Shown: positions 1-10,217, counted from the stretch's first letter. The stretch is DNA of 32,000 bases from Nitrosomonas sp. (GCA_016708955.1 JADJES010000003.1:192720-224719); one strand, 5' to 3'. The notes: a model not told the origin generated them from the letters alone. Numbers and translations: made by a program.

Positions 1-639
1 GTTGTGACCGCAACGCAGATGATGGAATCGATGATTACTAATCCAATTCCAACGCGTGCTGAAGTATCGGATGTCGCTAATGCGGTGTTGGATGGTACCG
101 ATGCGGTCATGCTGTCGGCAGAATCGGCGGCGGGTGAATATCCGGTGGAGGCGGTAGAGGCCATGGCACGCGTGTGTCTGGAGGCCGAAAAAGAATATTT
201 GGTCAGTCATGACAAGCGGATGGCAAATACAAGTCCGGGCACGATTGAAGAAGCGATTGCCCGTGCCACCATGTTCACCGCCAGCGGGCTGCAGATTCGC
301 GCGATTGCTGCTTTAACGCAGAGCGGTGTGACGGCATTGCTCATGTCGCGGAGAAGTTCCAAAGTGCCTATTTTTGCGCTGAGTCCCAATGAAGAAACGC
401 GTCGCAGAGTGACGCTATTCAGAGGCGTTTACCCGGTGGAATTTGGCGAAGGGCTTAATGATCCGGAGATTATTCTCAATCTGGCTGAAGAAGAATTGCT
501 ACAGCGCGGTGTCGTGCGAAATGGTGATATCATGGTGATGACGATTGGTGAGCCGGTAGGTAAGTCAGGCGGCACCAATACGATAAAGATTATCAAAGTC
601 GGCGAGTGGAAATTAAGACAAGGTGTGGATGCCACGTAA
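1..639 (+). CDS. pyk: Pyruvate kinase, C-terminal part (5' end lies outside the window)
   Basis: The reading frame is open from base 1 with no start in the window. The translation ([44 protein letters not shown]...) matches the conserved pyruvate kinase A-domain/C-domain region. Stop at 637-639. Confidence 0.9.
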   Translation, partial: VVTATQMMESMITNPIPTRAEVSDVANAVLDGTDAVMLSAESAAGEYPVEAVEAMARVCLEAEKEYLVSHDKRMANTSPGTIEEAIARATMFTASGLQIRAIAALTQSGVTALLMSRRSSKVPIFALSPNEETRRRVTLFRGVYPVEFGEGLNDPEIILNLAEEELLQRGVVRNGDIMVMTIGEPVGKSGGTNTIKIIKVGEWKLRQGVDAT

Positions 640-765
640 ACTGACGGGCATGCATCCCGGTCTGGAATAACGATAGCAACGGTGAAAAGAATCAAATTTT
701 TTAAAAGAACAAGCGTTTGTACTAAATCAGGATCACATTAAGATAATTTTTTGAAGGAGAATTAA

Positions 766-1830
766 ATGGCACTCGTATCATTAAGACAACTACTCGATCA
801 CGCTGCAGAAAATGGCTATGGCTTACCTGCTTTTAACGTTAACAATCTGGAACAAATCCAGGCGATCATGCAGGCGGCTGATGAATGCAATAGCCCGGTC
901 ATTATGCAGGGTTCTGCAGGTGCGAGGAAATATGCCGGTGAAGCATTTTTACGTCATCTCATTGAAGCAGCCGTTGAGTCCTATCCGCATATACCGATTG
1001 TCATGCATCAGGATCATGGCGCTTCACCATCGGTTTGCGTCAATGCAATCCGTAGCGGTTTCTCAAGCGTCATGATGGACGGCTCATTGCAAGCAGATGC
1101 CAAAACACCTTCCACCTACGAATACAACGTCAATGTTACAGCGGATGTTGTCAATATTGCGCATTCAGTCGGTGTTTCCGTTGAAGGTGAGCTGGGTTGC
1201 CTGGGTTCGTTGGAATCCGGCATGGGAGAAGCAGAAGATGGACATGGCGCAGAAGGTGTGTTGTCTCATGATCAATTGCTGACCGATCCGGAAGAAGCTG
1301 CCGACTTTGTGCGCAAAACCGGTGTGGATGCCTTGGCGATCGCCATTGGAACTTCCCACGGCGCCTACAAATTTACGCGTAAACCAACGGGCGATATTCT
1401 GGCCATTCAACGCATCAAAGAGATCCATCAACGTATTCCCAATACCCATCTGGTGATGCACGGCTCCAGCTCAGTGCCACAAGAATGGCTGGATATCATC
1501 CGTCAATACGGTGGTGATATCAAAGAAACCTACGGCGTACCGGTGGAAGAAATCCAGCAAGGGATTAAGTATGGCGTGCGCAAAGTTAATATCGACACCG
1601 ACATCCGCCTAGCCATGACCGGCGCAATCCGCCGCAGCCTGGAAAAAGACAAAAGCAATTTTGATCCGCGCAAATTCCTGAAAGAAGCCACTGCAGCCGC
1701 TAAAGACATTTGCAAAGCGCGCTTTGAAGCCTTCGGCTGTGCCGGACAGGCTGGTAAAATCAAACCGATTTCTCTGGAAAGTATGGCGAATCGCTATGCA
1801 AAAGGCGAGTTGAACGCCATTATCAAGTAA
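766..1830 (+). CDS. fba: Fructose-1,6-bisphosphate aldolase, class II (Calvin-cycle/CbbA-type, 354 aa)
   Basis: Full-length ORF with GAAGGAG RBS 6-7 nt upstream of the ATG. The translation has the class II FBA hallmarks ([36 protein letters not shown]). Confidence 0.93.
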   Translation: MALVSLRQLLDHAAENGYGLPAFNVNNLEQIQAIMQAADECNSPVIMQGSAGARKYAGEAFLRHLIEAAVESYPHIPIVMHQDHGASPSVCVNAIRSGFSSVMMDGSLQADAKTPSTYEYNVNVTADVVNIAHSVGVSVEGELGCLGSLESGMGEAEDGHGAEGVLSHDQLLTDPEEAADFVRKTGVDALAIAIGTSHGAYKFTRKPTGDILAIQRIKEIHQRIPNTHLVMHGSSSVPQEWLDIIRQYGGDIKETYGVPVEEIQQGIKYGVRKVNIDTDIRLAMTGAIRRSLEKDKSNFDPRKFLKEATAAAKDICKARFEAFGCAGQAGKIKPISLESMANRYAKGELNAIIK

Positions 1831-1856
1831 ATCAAACGAGCATATTATTCAATAAG

Positions 1857-1895
1857 CCTATGATTGATCGTGTGGCTTGCATTATCAATCATAGG
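1857..1895. repeat. Perfect 12-bp inverted repeat (hairpin) downstream of fba
   Basis: CCTATGATTGAT (1857-1868) and its exact reverse complement ATCAATCATAGG (1884-1895) flank a 15-nt loop, 27 nt after the fba stop. No U-tract follows, so it is not a canonical intrinsic terminator. Confidence 0.4.
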
Positions 1896-1937
1896 ATTCA
1901 GATCAGAAAGTTGCCGTAGTGTTTCCTATCTTCGCAC

Positions 1938-2779
1938 ATGCCTAGCGCAACAATCAAAATATTCCTGGTTCACGGAGATCCCAAGCGGCTTCGTACTGCG
2001 GAACTGTCGAACTGGACTGGAAAGGCTGTTGCCGGTCCCAGAAGTGAGTTTGAAGGTGTTTTTTCCCGTAAGGAATCAGGCAGTTCTGGAATTTATTTCC
2101 TAACGGGCACTGACCCAGAGTCCGGAAAACCAGCAATCTATGTCGGCGAAGCTGAGAGCATTCGTGATCGAATCAAAGCGCACTTGGAAAAAGATTTCTG
2201 GAATCAAATCATCTTTTTTATCAGCAAAGACGAGAACTTAACTAAGGCGCACATACGCTATCTTGAAGGAAAGCTATAGAGCAGGCGCGCAAATCCGGGC
2301 GAGCCATGGTCACAAACGGTCAAAGTAGCGGAGCACGATTGCCAGAATCCGACAGAGAGGATATGGAAATATTTCTGGAGAAAATCAACCAGCTATTACC
2401 TGTTCTAGGAGTCGAGCTGCTAGTGCCAGCTGCAGCAAAAGCCGTGGCCGAATCAGAACACAAGGAACTGTTCTGCGAGATAAAGGGAGTCAGAGCCGAG
2501 GGCCGTTTGGCGCCAAATGGCTTTGTAGTACTCAAGGATTCCCACGCGGTTCTAATCGACCGTGCCTCATCGGTAAAATGGCCTTGGGTAAAGAATATGC
2601 GACAGCGTCTAAAAGACGAAGGTGTATTGGAGACAAAAGGCGATTCTTTGGTGTTCACGAGTGATGCAGAGTTCACTAGCCCGAGTTCAGCGGCAGCGGT
2701 GATTCATGGCGGACATAATGGCCTTACCGCATGGAAGGACAAAAGCGGGAAAACTCTTAAGGAAATAGAATCTATATAA
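1938..2779 (+). pseudogene. GIY-YIG nuclease-like / DUF4357 protein, split by a frameshift near 2274-2279
   Basis: ORF 1938-2279 carries a GIY-YIG-like N-terminus (GIYFLTG...AIYVGEAESIRDRIKAH) and stops at TAG 2277-2279. Reading from 2276 in the adjacent frame (ATA GAG CAG GCG CGC AAA TCC GGG CGA GCC ATG) joins seamlessly to ORF 2306-2779 (...YLEGKL|IEQARKSGRAMVTNGQ...). The C-terminus of that second ORF (FTSPSSAAAVIHGGHNGLTAWKD) resembles the DUF4357 domain, which normally sits in the same polypeptide. Confidence 0.7.
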
Positions 2780-2863
2780 CCAATCATTGCACGGAACGCT
2801 GATCGATAAAGGCTCGCAGGTTATTTAAATGCTAAATTTGCGGTGTACTGTCAAAAATTAAGA

Positions 2864-3136
2864 TTAATTCTCGGGAGGAACGTAACCCACCGGTTTTTCC
2901 GCGCCCGAACCAAAAAAGTGCGCTTCCAATTGTTCAGCCAAATATTTACGTGCTTTGATATCCGAAAGATTCAGGCGATTCTCGTTGACCAGCATGGTTT
3001 GGTGCTCGATCCATTGATGCCACGCTTCTTTGGAAACATTTTCAAAAATACATTTGCCCAGTTCGCCGGGATAGGTTTGAAAATCCAGTCCTTCGGCTTC
3101 GCGGCCTAGTTTGATGCATTTAACCATTCTTGTCAT
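2864..3136 (-). CDS. yggX: Fe(2+)-trafficking / oxidative-damage protection protein YggX (90 aa)
   Basis: The translation [56 protein letters not shown] matches the YggX family over its full length. Confidence 0.85.
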   Translation of the reverse strand: MTRMVKCIKLGREAEGLDFQTYPGELGKCIFENVSKEAWHQWIEHQTMLVNENRLNLSDIKARKYLAEQLEAHFFGSGAEKPVGYVPPEN

Positions 3137-3246
3137 TTGTGCTCCAGATCAGTCAACAAAGATAATCGGTAAGAAAAAGCCGACATTATGAAAGGTTCAC
3201 CTTAATCAGTAAACCATCGATGTGAATTTAAGTGATTCCGGTCGAA

Positions 3247-4590
3247 TCACAAGTGTTTGATCAGTACCTTCGAGCGGCGTCGGTAATTGTATAAATTCTG
3301 TTTGGCTTTGGGCAATTCAGCCGGCGTGGCTTCGGTGAAGCCGTGTTCAATGAACCAATGCGTGGCATGCGTTGTGAGCACAAATAGTTTGCGAATGTTC
3401 TGGGCAATAGTTTGGCTTTCGATATGTTTGAGCAAACGGTTGCCGTACCCCAAATCACGATAATCCGGGCGGATTGCCAAGCAGGCGAGTTCGCAGGCGT
3501 GTTCTTCAGGAAACGGGTACAGCGCAGCGCAACCCAGGATGACACCGTCATGTTCGAAAACCGTAAAACGATCAATTTCAATTTCCAGTAATTCACGATT
3601 ACGTCTCACCAGAATGCCTTCAGTTTCCAGCGGTTCAATCAGTTGCAGAATACCGCCGACATCTTCTATTCGGGCTTTTCTAAGTGCTTGCAATGTTTCC
3701 TGCGAGATCATCCAGCCGATGCCATCGTGCGTGAAAAGCTCTTGCAGGATGGCACCATCGCCGTGGCGGCTGATTAGATGTGTTCGTGTGACATGCGTTT
3801 CACAGGCCTTGATTGCACAGCGTAGCGATGAGCGGATTTCGTCGGAGAGTAAAGCGCTGGTTGCCGCTGCTTTGTTTTCGAGTAACGATTTACTTTCTGC
3901 GACAGTGAGTTCTCGCGAGAGTGCTTCAGGATTGTTGGCGGAGGTTGCTGCGGTATCCAGGGTATCCAGAAGAAAAATCAGCTTCTCGGCACTGAGAGCA
4001 ATCGCGACTTCGGTAACCACATTTTCCATCGTGAGATTAAAAATCTCACCGGTCGGTGAATAGCCCAGTGGTGAAATCAACACGACATCGTTTTGTTCCA
4101 AGCGAGCATGGATAGCTTGCGCATTTATCTTGCGCACTTTTCCGGTATGCATCAAATCGATACCCTGAATAACACCGTACGGACAAGCCGTGACAAAATT
4201 TCCGCTACTTACGTGGATGGAAGCATTGGCCATCGGTGAGTTGGGTAAACCCAGCGAGAGCAATGCGGCAATTTCATGATGCACGCGTCCTACCGATTCT
4301 TTGACACATTGTAGTGCGGCGGAGTCGGTAACACGCATGCCCATGACCGACTGCGTTTCCAATTGCGATTCATCCAGACGTAATTGGATTTGCGGGCGTG
4401 CGCCGTGGACAAGTACCAATCTGACGCCGAGGCTGGCGAGTAAATTGATATCGTGAATAAAGCTGACAAATTTTGCATCGGTGACCATTTCGCCACTAAA
4501 ACCAATGACGAAGGTTTTACCCCTGAATGCGTTGACGTAAGGCGCAACGGAGCGGAACCAGGAAACAAAATCAGTGGTGGTGTTATTCAT
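3247..4590 (-). CDS. argA: Amino-acid N-acetyltransferase (N-acetylglutamate synthase), 447 aa
   Basis: It has an N-terminal amino-acid kinase fold (FVIGFSGE...LVLVHGARPQI) and a C-terminal GNAT domain (ACLAIRPDYRDLGYGNRLL). Length and architecture are typical of ArgA. Confidence 0.9.
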   Translation of the reverse strand: MNNTTTDFVSWFRSVAPYVNAFRGKTFVIGFSGEMVTDAKFVSFIHDINLLASLGVRLVLVHGARPQIQLRLDESQLETQSVMGMRVTDSAALQCVKESVGRVHHEIAALLSLGLPNSPMANASIHVSSGNFVTACPYGVIQGIDLMHTGKVRKINAQAIHARLEQNDVVLISPLGYSPTGEIFNLTMENVVTEVAIALSAEKLIFLLDTLDTAATSANNPEALSRELTVAESKSLLENKAAATSALLSDEIRSSLRCAIKACETHVTRTHLISRHGDGAILQELFTHDGIGWMISQETLQALRKARIEDVGGILQLIEPLETEGILVRRNRELLEIEIDRFTVFEHDGVILGCAALYPFPEEHACELACLAIRPDYRDLGYGNRLLKHIESQTIAQNIRKLFVLTTHATHWFIEHGFTEATPAELPKAKQNLYNYRRRSKVLIKHL

Positions 4591-4631
4591 TGTCAGTCAA
4601 GATTCAATTTATTCATTGTCTGCTTTTTCAC

Positions 4632-5378
4632 TCAGTAGTCACCCCACAGGGTTTGCAATGCGGAAATGGCCGCTAAAGCGGCGCTTTCTGTGCGCAATAT
4701 GCGTTTCCCCAACCGTACCGGAATGAAGCCGGTATGTAAAATTGCAATTTCTTCTTCCTGCGTGAATCCGCCTTCAGGTCCAATCACTAGCGCTATGTGC
4801 GCACTGACAGGTGGTTGGGGTATGTTTTTTAAACTTTCTGTTGCTGTCGTGGAAAGCATGAAACTTAGATCGTGCGCTGATTGGGTGGTTTTCTTTTGAC
4901 TTAACCATTCTGGCAGCGAAATCAAAGGCAATATCTGCGGTAAATGATTCCGGCCGCATTGCTCACACGCTGAAATAATGATTTTCTGCCAGTGTTGCAG
5001 GCGCTTGGAAGAACGCTCGTCGGAAAGATGCACAATGCTACGGACAGTCGAAACCGGCTGTATGCATGTCACGCCCAATTCCACTGCTTTCTGTATGATC
5101 CAATCCATTTTTTCATTAACACATATGGCTTGCGCAAGTGTTATATTAAGGGGCGATTCACAGTCCATGTCATGATAGGCATCAATCAAAACCGTGGTAT
5201 TTGATTTACTGACATTTTCGATGTGTGCAGAAAATTCACCGCCATGACCATTAAATAACGTGATTGCATCCCCTTTTTTTAGCCGCAATACCCGCGCAGC
5301 ATGATGTTTGTTCTCGACGGAAAGCTCAATGAGTTGTCCAATGGCAATTTCCGCCGGGTGATAGAAACGAGCATGCAT
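4632..5378 (-). CDS. rsmE: 16S rRNA (uracil1498-N3)-methyltransferase RsmE (248 aa)
   Basis: The translation starts MHARFYHP...HHAARVLRLKKGD and ends with the SPOUT motif VIGPEGGFTQEE...LGKRILRTESAALAA, typical of RsmE. Confidence 0.88.
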   Translation of the reverse strand: MHARFYHPAEIAIGQLIELSVENKHHAARVLRLKKGDAITLFNGHGGEFSAHIENVSKSNTTVLIDAYHDMDCESPLNITLAQAICVNEKMDWIIQKAVELGVTCIQPVSTVRSIVHLSDERSSKRLQHWQKIIISACEQCGRNHLPQILPLISLPEWLSQKKTTQSAHDLSFMLSTTATESLKNIPQPPVSAHIALVIGPEGGFTQEEEIAILHTGFIPVRLGKRILRTESAALAAISALQTLWGDY

Positions 5379-5514
5379 GATTGGGTTGGGTCTGGGTAAG
5401 TAACAATTTCAATAATGGACTCATGCTAATATAGCACGATAAGTATTCAGCATTGTCTGAGCATTACGCTGAAAAGAAATTTTCTGAAATATCATCGAAA
5501 GCAGGAGACAGGAT

Positions 5515-6072
5515 ATGGCAAGTCTGGAAACACCGGTATGTAATTTTGGCTGGAAAGCGATTGATTTTGATTTGTTGGGCGTTGATGGTAAGCGATATAA
5601 CCTGGCTTCCGCGAAAGGGGAAAACGGATTGCTGGTGATGTTTATCTGCAATCATTGCCCGTATGTGAAAGCCGTACAGGATCGCATTATTCGGGATGTG
5701 AATGAATTGAAGCCGCATGGTATGAATGCGATTGCGATCATGTCGAATGATCCAGCCGATTATCCGGAGGATTCGTTTGAAAATATGGCATTAATTGCCA
5801 AAAAATTAAATTATCCATTTCCTTACGTCTGGGATGAAACCCAGGAAATTGCTAAGCGATATGGCGCGGTGTGCACGCCTGATTTTTTTGGATTCAATAG
5901 TAAACTGGAGCTGCAATATCGCGGACGTCTGGATGCATCGCGGAAAGAAGCGGCACCGGCCGATGTGCGCCGCGATCTGTTTGAAGCCATGCTGCAGGTT
6001 GCCAAAACAGGTCGTGGCCCGGAAAATCAAATCCCCAGTATCGGATGCTCGATCAAGTGGCGTACGGAGTAA
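5515..6072 (+). CDS. Thioredoxin-fold (AhpC/TSA-like) thiol-disulfide oxidoreductase family protein, 185 aa
   Basis: AGGAGA RBS upstream of the ATG. The translation has a CxxC-type motif (FICNHCPYV) in a thioredoxin-like context. The specific function cannot be determined from sequence. Confidence 0.7.
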   Translation: MASLETPVCNFGWKAIDFDLLGVDGKRYNLASAKGENGLLVMFICNHCPYVKAVQDRIIRDVNELKPHGMNAIAIMSNDPADYPEDSFENMALIAKKLNYPFPYVWDETQEIAKRYGAVCTPDFFGFNSKLELQYRGRLDASRKEAAPADVRRDLFEAMLQVAKTGRGPENQIPSIGCSIKWRTE

Positions 6073-6074
6073 AC

Positions 6075-6863
6075 GTGCTAGAAAAAGTTATCGCGGTTGT
6101 CAGGGAGGTTGCGCAGCAAGTTATTATGCCGCGTTATTTACAAGTGGATCGGCAGATTAAGTCGGATGGCAGTTTTTTCACCGAAGCGGATGTTGCGGCA
6201 CAGAATGCTTTGCTCTACGAGTTACAAAAGATTTATCCGGCTGCTACCATGGGCGAGGAAATGTCAAGACAGGAACAGGAAGAACAGTGGATTCAGGGTA
6301 AAGCCGGATTGTGGAGTGTTGATCCGATTGATGGCACCTCTAATTTTCTGAATGGATTACCTTATTTTGCAATTTCGGTGGCATTGATGGAACAAGGTAG
6401 AGGAGTTCTGGGGGTAATCTATAACCCAGTGGCTGATGAAATGTTTTATGCGACAAAGGGAGGCGGCGCTTTTCTAAATGGAGCAGTATTGCCTATCAAG
6501 AAATATGTGCCCACGTTATCGAGTGCAATGGCAAATGTGGATTTGAAACGACTTGATAGAAAATTTGCGGCAAGAGTTGCTGCCTATCCGCCGTATGCAT
6601 CACAACGGAATTATGGTGCTTGCGCCCTTGAATGGTGTTATACCGCCGCCGGTTATTTTGATTTGTATCTGCATGGCGGGCAGAAACCATGGGACTATGC
6701 GGCAGGCTCACTCATTCTCGAGGAGGCGGGCGGAAAAATGTGCGGCTTTGATCAAGATGATTATTGGGCGGGTTCGCCCTGGCAACGGTCAGTGATTGCG
6801 GCATTGGATCCTGGATTATTCACTCAGTGGCGCGATTGGGTGCGTGAGAATCGGAAGGAATAG
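6075..6863 (+). CDS. Inositol monophosphatase family protein
   Basis: IMPase motifs are present (WSVDPIDGTSNF, WDYAAGSLILEEAGG). The ORF track starts at ATG 6045, overlapping the upstream gene. GTG 6075 sits 6 nt after a GGAG (6065-6068) and just past the upstream stop, so it is preferred. The start is uncertain. Confidence 0.8.
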   Translation: MLEKVIAVVREVAQQVIMPRYLQVDRQIKSDGSFFTEADVAAQNALLYELQKIYPAATMGEEMSRQEQEEQWIQGKAGLWSVDPIDGTSNFLNGLPYFAISVALMEQGRGVLGVIYNPVADEMFYATKGGGAFLNGAVLPIKKYVPTLSSAMANVDLKRLDRKFAARVAAYPPYASQRNYGACALEWCYTAAGYFDLYLHGGQKPWDYAAGSLILEEAGGKMCGFDQDDYWAGSPWQRSVIAALDPGLFTQWRDWVRENRKE

Positions 6864-6872
6864 GTAATTCAA

Positions 6873-8324
6873 TTGAAAATCATCATTCTGGGTGCTGGTC
6901 AGGTGGGTTCATCGGTTGCGGAAAGCTTGGTCAGTGAAGCAAATGACATCACGATGGTCGATATTGATTCGAAGCGATTGGCATTATTGCAGGAACGCTT
7001 GGATTTGCGGACAGTTGTTGGCAATGCATCGCATCCATCCGTATTAGAGAATGCCGGAGCTCATGATGCGGATATGATTCTGGCAGTTACCGAGCACGAC
7101 GAAACGAACTTGGTGGCTTGTAAGCTTGCCGCTTCCTTGTTTAACACACCCACTAAGATTGCACGTATTCGATCGACTGAATATTTGGCGCACCCGGATA
7201 TTTTTTCTACCGAGAATTTCTGTGTCGATTTTGCCATTTCCCCAGAACAGATTCTGACGGAATATATTGAGAAATTGATAGAGTTTCCTGAAGCTTTGCA
7301 GGTGCTCGATTTTGCATCTGGGAAAGTGAGTTTGGTTGCTGTGCGTGCATTACAAGGTGGATCGCTTGTTGGGCAGAAACTACAGGAGTTGCGTAAGCAT
7401 GTTCCGAATGTGGATTCACGTGTGGCAGCTATTTTCCGCAAAGACCGGCCGATTCTTCCCGAAGGAGATACTGTCGTAGAGGCTGAAGATGAAGTTTTTT
7501 TTATTGCTGCCACCGAAGATATCCGAACCGTGATGCGAGAGTTACGGAAAATGGATAAACCAGTTAAGCATGTGATGATCGCTGGGGGTGGGAAAATAGG
7601 CAAACGTCTCGCCGAAACACTGGAAAAAGATTATCAAGTCAAAATTATTGAACACAATTATCAAGCGAGTGAACGTTTAGCAGCAGAACTGAGTAGTGCG
7701 TTGGTATTGCATGGTGACGCAACAGACGAAACATTGCTGGAAAGTGAAAATATCGCCGACATGGATATGTTTTGTGCACTGACGAATGATGAAGAAAATA
7801 ATATTATGTCGGCGCTGTTGGCGAAACGCATGGGTGCGCGTAAAGTTATTGCGCTGATTAATCGTCGTGCCTATGTTGATTTGGTGCAAGGCAGTCGCAT
7901 TGATATTGCTATTTCACCAGCACAGGTTACGATTGGCTCATTGCTCGCTTATGTGCGGCATGGTGATGTGGCTGCGGTACATAGCTTACGTCGTGGCGCA
8001 GCAGAAGCAATGGAATTGGTGGTACATGGCGATGCCAGATCATCCCATGTAGTAGGACGAAAGGTGGAAGAAATAAAGCTGCCTAAAGGTGCCACAATTG
8101 GCGCTATCGTAAGAGGATTACCTAAATCTGAAGGGACATTTGGTGAGAATCTGAGTGCGGAGCATGATAAGGCTGCGCATCATTCGGATAACAATATACG
8201 AGTCATTATTGCACATCATGACACGATCATTGAACAAGAGGACCATGTGATCTTATTTGTGATCAATAGAAAGATGATCCGTGAAGTGGAAAAATTGTTT
8301 CAAGTCAATGTTGGTTTTCTGTAA
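6873..8324 (+). CDS. trkA: Trk potassium uptake system NAD-binding subunit TrkA (483 aa, TTG start)
   Basis: MKIIILGAGQVG Rossmann motif at the N-terminus, a second RCK/NAD module (VMIAGGGKIGKRLA) and TrkA-C domains. The TTG start is preceded by GGAAGGA. Confidence 0.9.
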   Translation: MKIIILGAGQVGSSVAESLVSEANDITMVDIDSKRLALLQERLDLRTVVGNASHPSVLENAGAHDADMILAVTEHDETNLVACKLAASLFNTPTKIARIRSTEYLAHPDIFSTENFCVDFAISPEQILTEYIEKLIEFPEALQVLDFASGKVSLVAVRALQGGSLVGQKLQELRKHVPNVDSRVAAIFRKDRPILPEGDTVVEAEDEVFFIAATEDIRTVMRELRKMDKPVKHVMIAGGGKIGKRLAETLEKDYQVKIIEHNYQASERLAAELSSALVLHGDATDETLLESENIADMDMFCALTNDEENNIMSALLAKRMGARKVIALINRRAYVDLVQGSRIDIAISPAQVTIGSLLAYVRHGDVAAVHSLRRGAAEAMELVVHGDARSSHVVGRKVEEIKLPKGATIGAIVRGLPKSEGTFGENLSAEHDKAAHHSDNNIRVIIAHHDTIIEQEDHVILFVINRKMIREVEKLFQVNVGFL

Positions 8325-8336
8325 ACAAGAAATAGC

Positions 8337-9794
8337 ATGAGTCGGCTTTTTGTTGTTGTTAATGTACTGGGTAAGATGGTGCTGATATTCGGGCTTACGA
8401 TGTTAATTCCGCTGGGTTTGGCACTGTGGTTCAATGATGAGGCGCGATTTGCTTTTGAAGAATCCATTTTGATTACTATGGGTTGTGGTTTGCTGATGTG
8501 GTTGGCGACACGCCGCTATAAACGTGAATTGCAGACAAGGGATGGATTTTTGCTGGTGGTTCTGGTTTGGACGGTGTTGCCAGCTTTTGCTATGTTACCA
8601 CTGTTATTTTACCTGCCTGATCTTAACCTCAGTAAGGCGTATTTTGAAGCTGCTTCAGGATTAACGGCAACGGGTGGTACCGTGTTGTCGGGATTGGATG
8701 CATTGCCCCCATCTATCAATTTATGGCGCGGTGAATTGGTTTGGCTTGGAGGGATGGGTTTGATCGTTCTGGCAGTAGCAATTTTGCCATTACTGGGAGT
8801 AGGGGGCCGGCAATTGCTCAATGCCGAGATACCCGGACCTATGAAAGAAAACAAGCTCACTCCGCGTATCGCAGAGACTGCCAAGGGGCTGTGGACGATT
8901 TATGCGAGCCTGACTTTGGCTTGTGCTGTAGCGTACCGATGGGCGGGTATGGATTGGTTTGATGCAGTGATGCATGCATTTACGACCTTAGGCTTAGGTG
9001 GTTTTTCTTCTCATGATGCGAGCTATGGTTATTGGGATTCGCCGCTCATAGAATCGGTCGCGATTCTATTTATGCTGATCGCAGGAATAAATTTTGCGAC
9101 GCATTTTCTGGTTTGGCGGGCAAAAAGTTTAATTCCCTATCGTCATGATTCTGAACTTGGTTGGTATGTGATAATCCTCTTATTCAGTTGTATTGGACTG
9201 GCATTCTACTTGTGGTTCGCTGATGTTTACACGGATCCGTTGGTAGCATTACGCTACGCTGCTTTCAATATTGTTTCCGTTGCAACAACTACCGGATATA
9301 GCAATACAGATTACAGCTTATGGCCAATGTTTGTTCCATTATGGATGTTATTTTTATCTGGATTTTGTACCTCTTCAGGTTCTACCGGCGGTGGTATTAA
9401 AATGATACGAGCTCGAATTTTGTATCAGCAGGTTTATCGTGAAATGATCACGATCATGCATCCCAGTGCGGTTATTCCAGCCAAGGTTGGTAGAAGTGTA
9501 GTGGCAAATCGCATTATTCTTGCAGTTCTTGGATTTTTGTTTATTTATGCCGCGAGCATTGTATTGATGACTCTTGCGCTTACGTTTAGTGGATTGGATG
9601 TTATTACAGCCTTTTCTGCAGCAGTGGCTTGTATTAATAATCTAGGACCGGGTCTTGGTGAGATTGGCCCCGCAACTACATATGCATCGCTAACAGATTT
9701 TCAAATATGGATATGTAGTTTTGCCATGTTGCTAGGTAGACTTGAGTTCTTTACAGTATTGGTTATATTTACACCTGCTTTCTGGAGAAAATAG
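8337..9794 (+). CDS. trkH: Trk potassium uptake system membrane subunit TrkH (485 aa)
   Basis: Polytopic membrane protein with TrkH signature segments (LTATGGTVLSG, TTTGYSNTDY, GSTGGGIKMIR). It lies immediately downstream of trkA. Confidence 0.9.
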   Translation: MSRLFVVVNVLGKMVLIFGLTMLIPLGLALWFNDEARFAFEESILITMGCGLLMWLATRRYKRELQTRDGFLLVVLVWTVLPAFAMLPLLFYLPDLNLSKAYFEAASGLTATGGTVLSGLDALPPSINLWRGELVWLGGMGLIVLAVAILPLLGVGGRQLLNAEIPGPMKENKLTPRIAETAKGLWTIYASLTLACAVAYRWAGMDWFDAVMHAFTTLGLGGFSSHDASYGYWDSPLIESVAILFMLIAGINFATHFLVWRAKSLIPYRHDSELGWYVIILLFSCIGLAFYLWFADVYTDPLVALRYAAFNIVSVATTTGYSNTDYSLWPMFVPLWMLFLSGFCTSSGSTGGGIKMIRARILYQQVYREMITIMHPSAVIPAKVGRSVVANRIILAVLGFLFIYAASIVLMTLALTFSGLDVITAFSAAVACINNLGPGLGEIGPATTYASLTDFQIWICSFAMLLGRLEFFTVLVIFTPAFWRK

Positions 9795-9830
9795 AATTAA
9801 TATCTAATTTGAATAATCATAAGGGCGCAG

Positions 9831-10217
9831 ATGGATAATGACGGTGTATTGAAAGGTATCAAGGTCATGATCATTGATGACAGCAATACGATCCGAAGGA
9901 GTGCTGAATTATTTCTGCGACTTGCAGAATGCGAAGTGATTCTGGCAGAAGATGGGTTTGAGGCAATGTCTAAAATTGTTGATAACCAGCCTGATATTAT
10001 TTTTGTTGACATAGCGATGCCGCGACTAGATGGATATCAGGCTTGTATGTTAATAAAGAAAAATCCTATCTATCAATCTATTCCGGTGATTATGTTATCC
10101 AGTAAGGATGGTCTATTTGATAAAGCTCGCGGCAGAATGGCTGGGTCAGATGATTATCTGACCAAACCATTTACCGCTGAGGGTTTATTAAGCATAATAC
10201 GCAACAATATTTTGTAA
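9831..10217 (+). CDS. pilG: Single-domain CheY-like response regulator, PilG-like (128 aa)
   Basis: Receiver domain only. The translation (IIDDSNTIRRSAE...IIFVDIAMPRLDGYQACMLIK...VIMLSSKDGLFDKARGRMAGSDDYLTKPF) closely resembles the PilG twitching-motility regulator as I recall it. No pilH/I/J/chpA genes follow. Confidence 0.75.
   Translation: MDNDGVLKGIKVMIIDDSNTIRRSAELFLRLAECEVILAEDGFEAMSKIVDNQPDIIFVDIAMPRLDGYQACMLIKKNPIYQSIPVIMLSSKDGLFDKARGRMAGSDDYLTKPFTAEGLLSIIRNNIL

Noticed and set aside
6045-6074. ATG 6045 as the start of the IMPase-family gene, overlapping the thioredoxin-like gene by 28 nt.
   Set aside because: GTG 6075 follows a GGAG at the correct spacing and lies just past the upstream stop. 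The extra 10 residues are not part of the conserved family N-terminus. This is not fully excluded.
8100-8215. A ~25-aa insertion in TrkA (KSEGTFGENLSAEHDKAAHHSDNNIR) making it 483 aa rather than the usual ~458 aa.
   Set aside because: It is probably a lineage-specific surface loop in the C-terminal TrkA-C domain. It is real in the sequence but is not evidence of anything unusual without comparative data.
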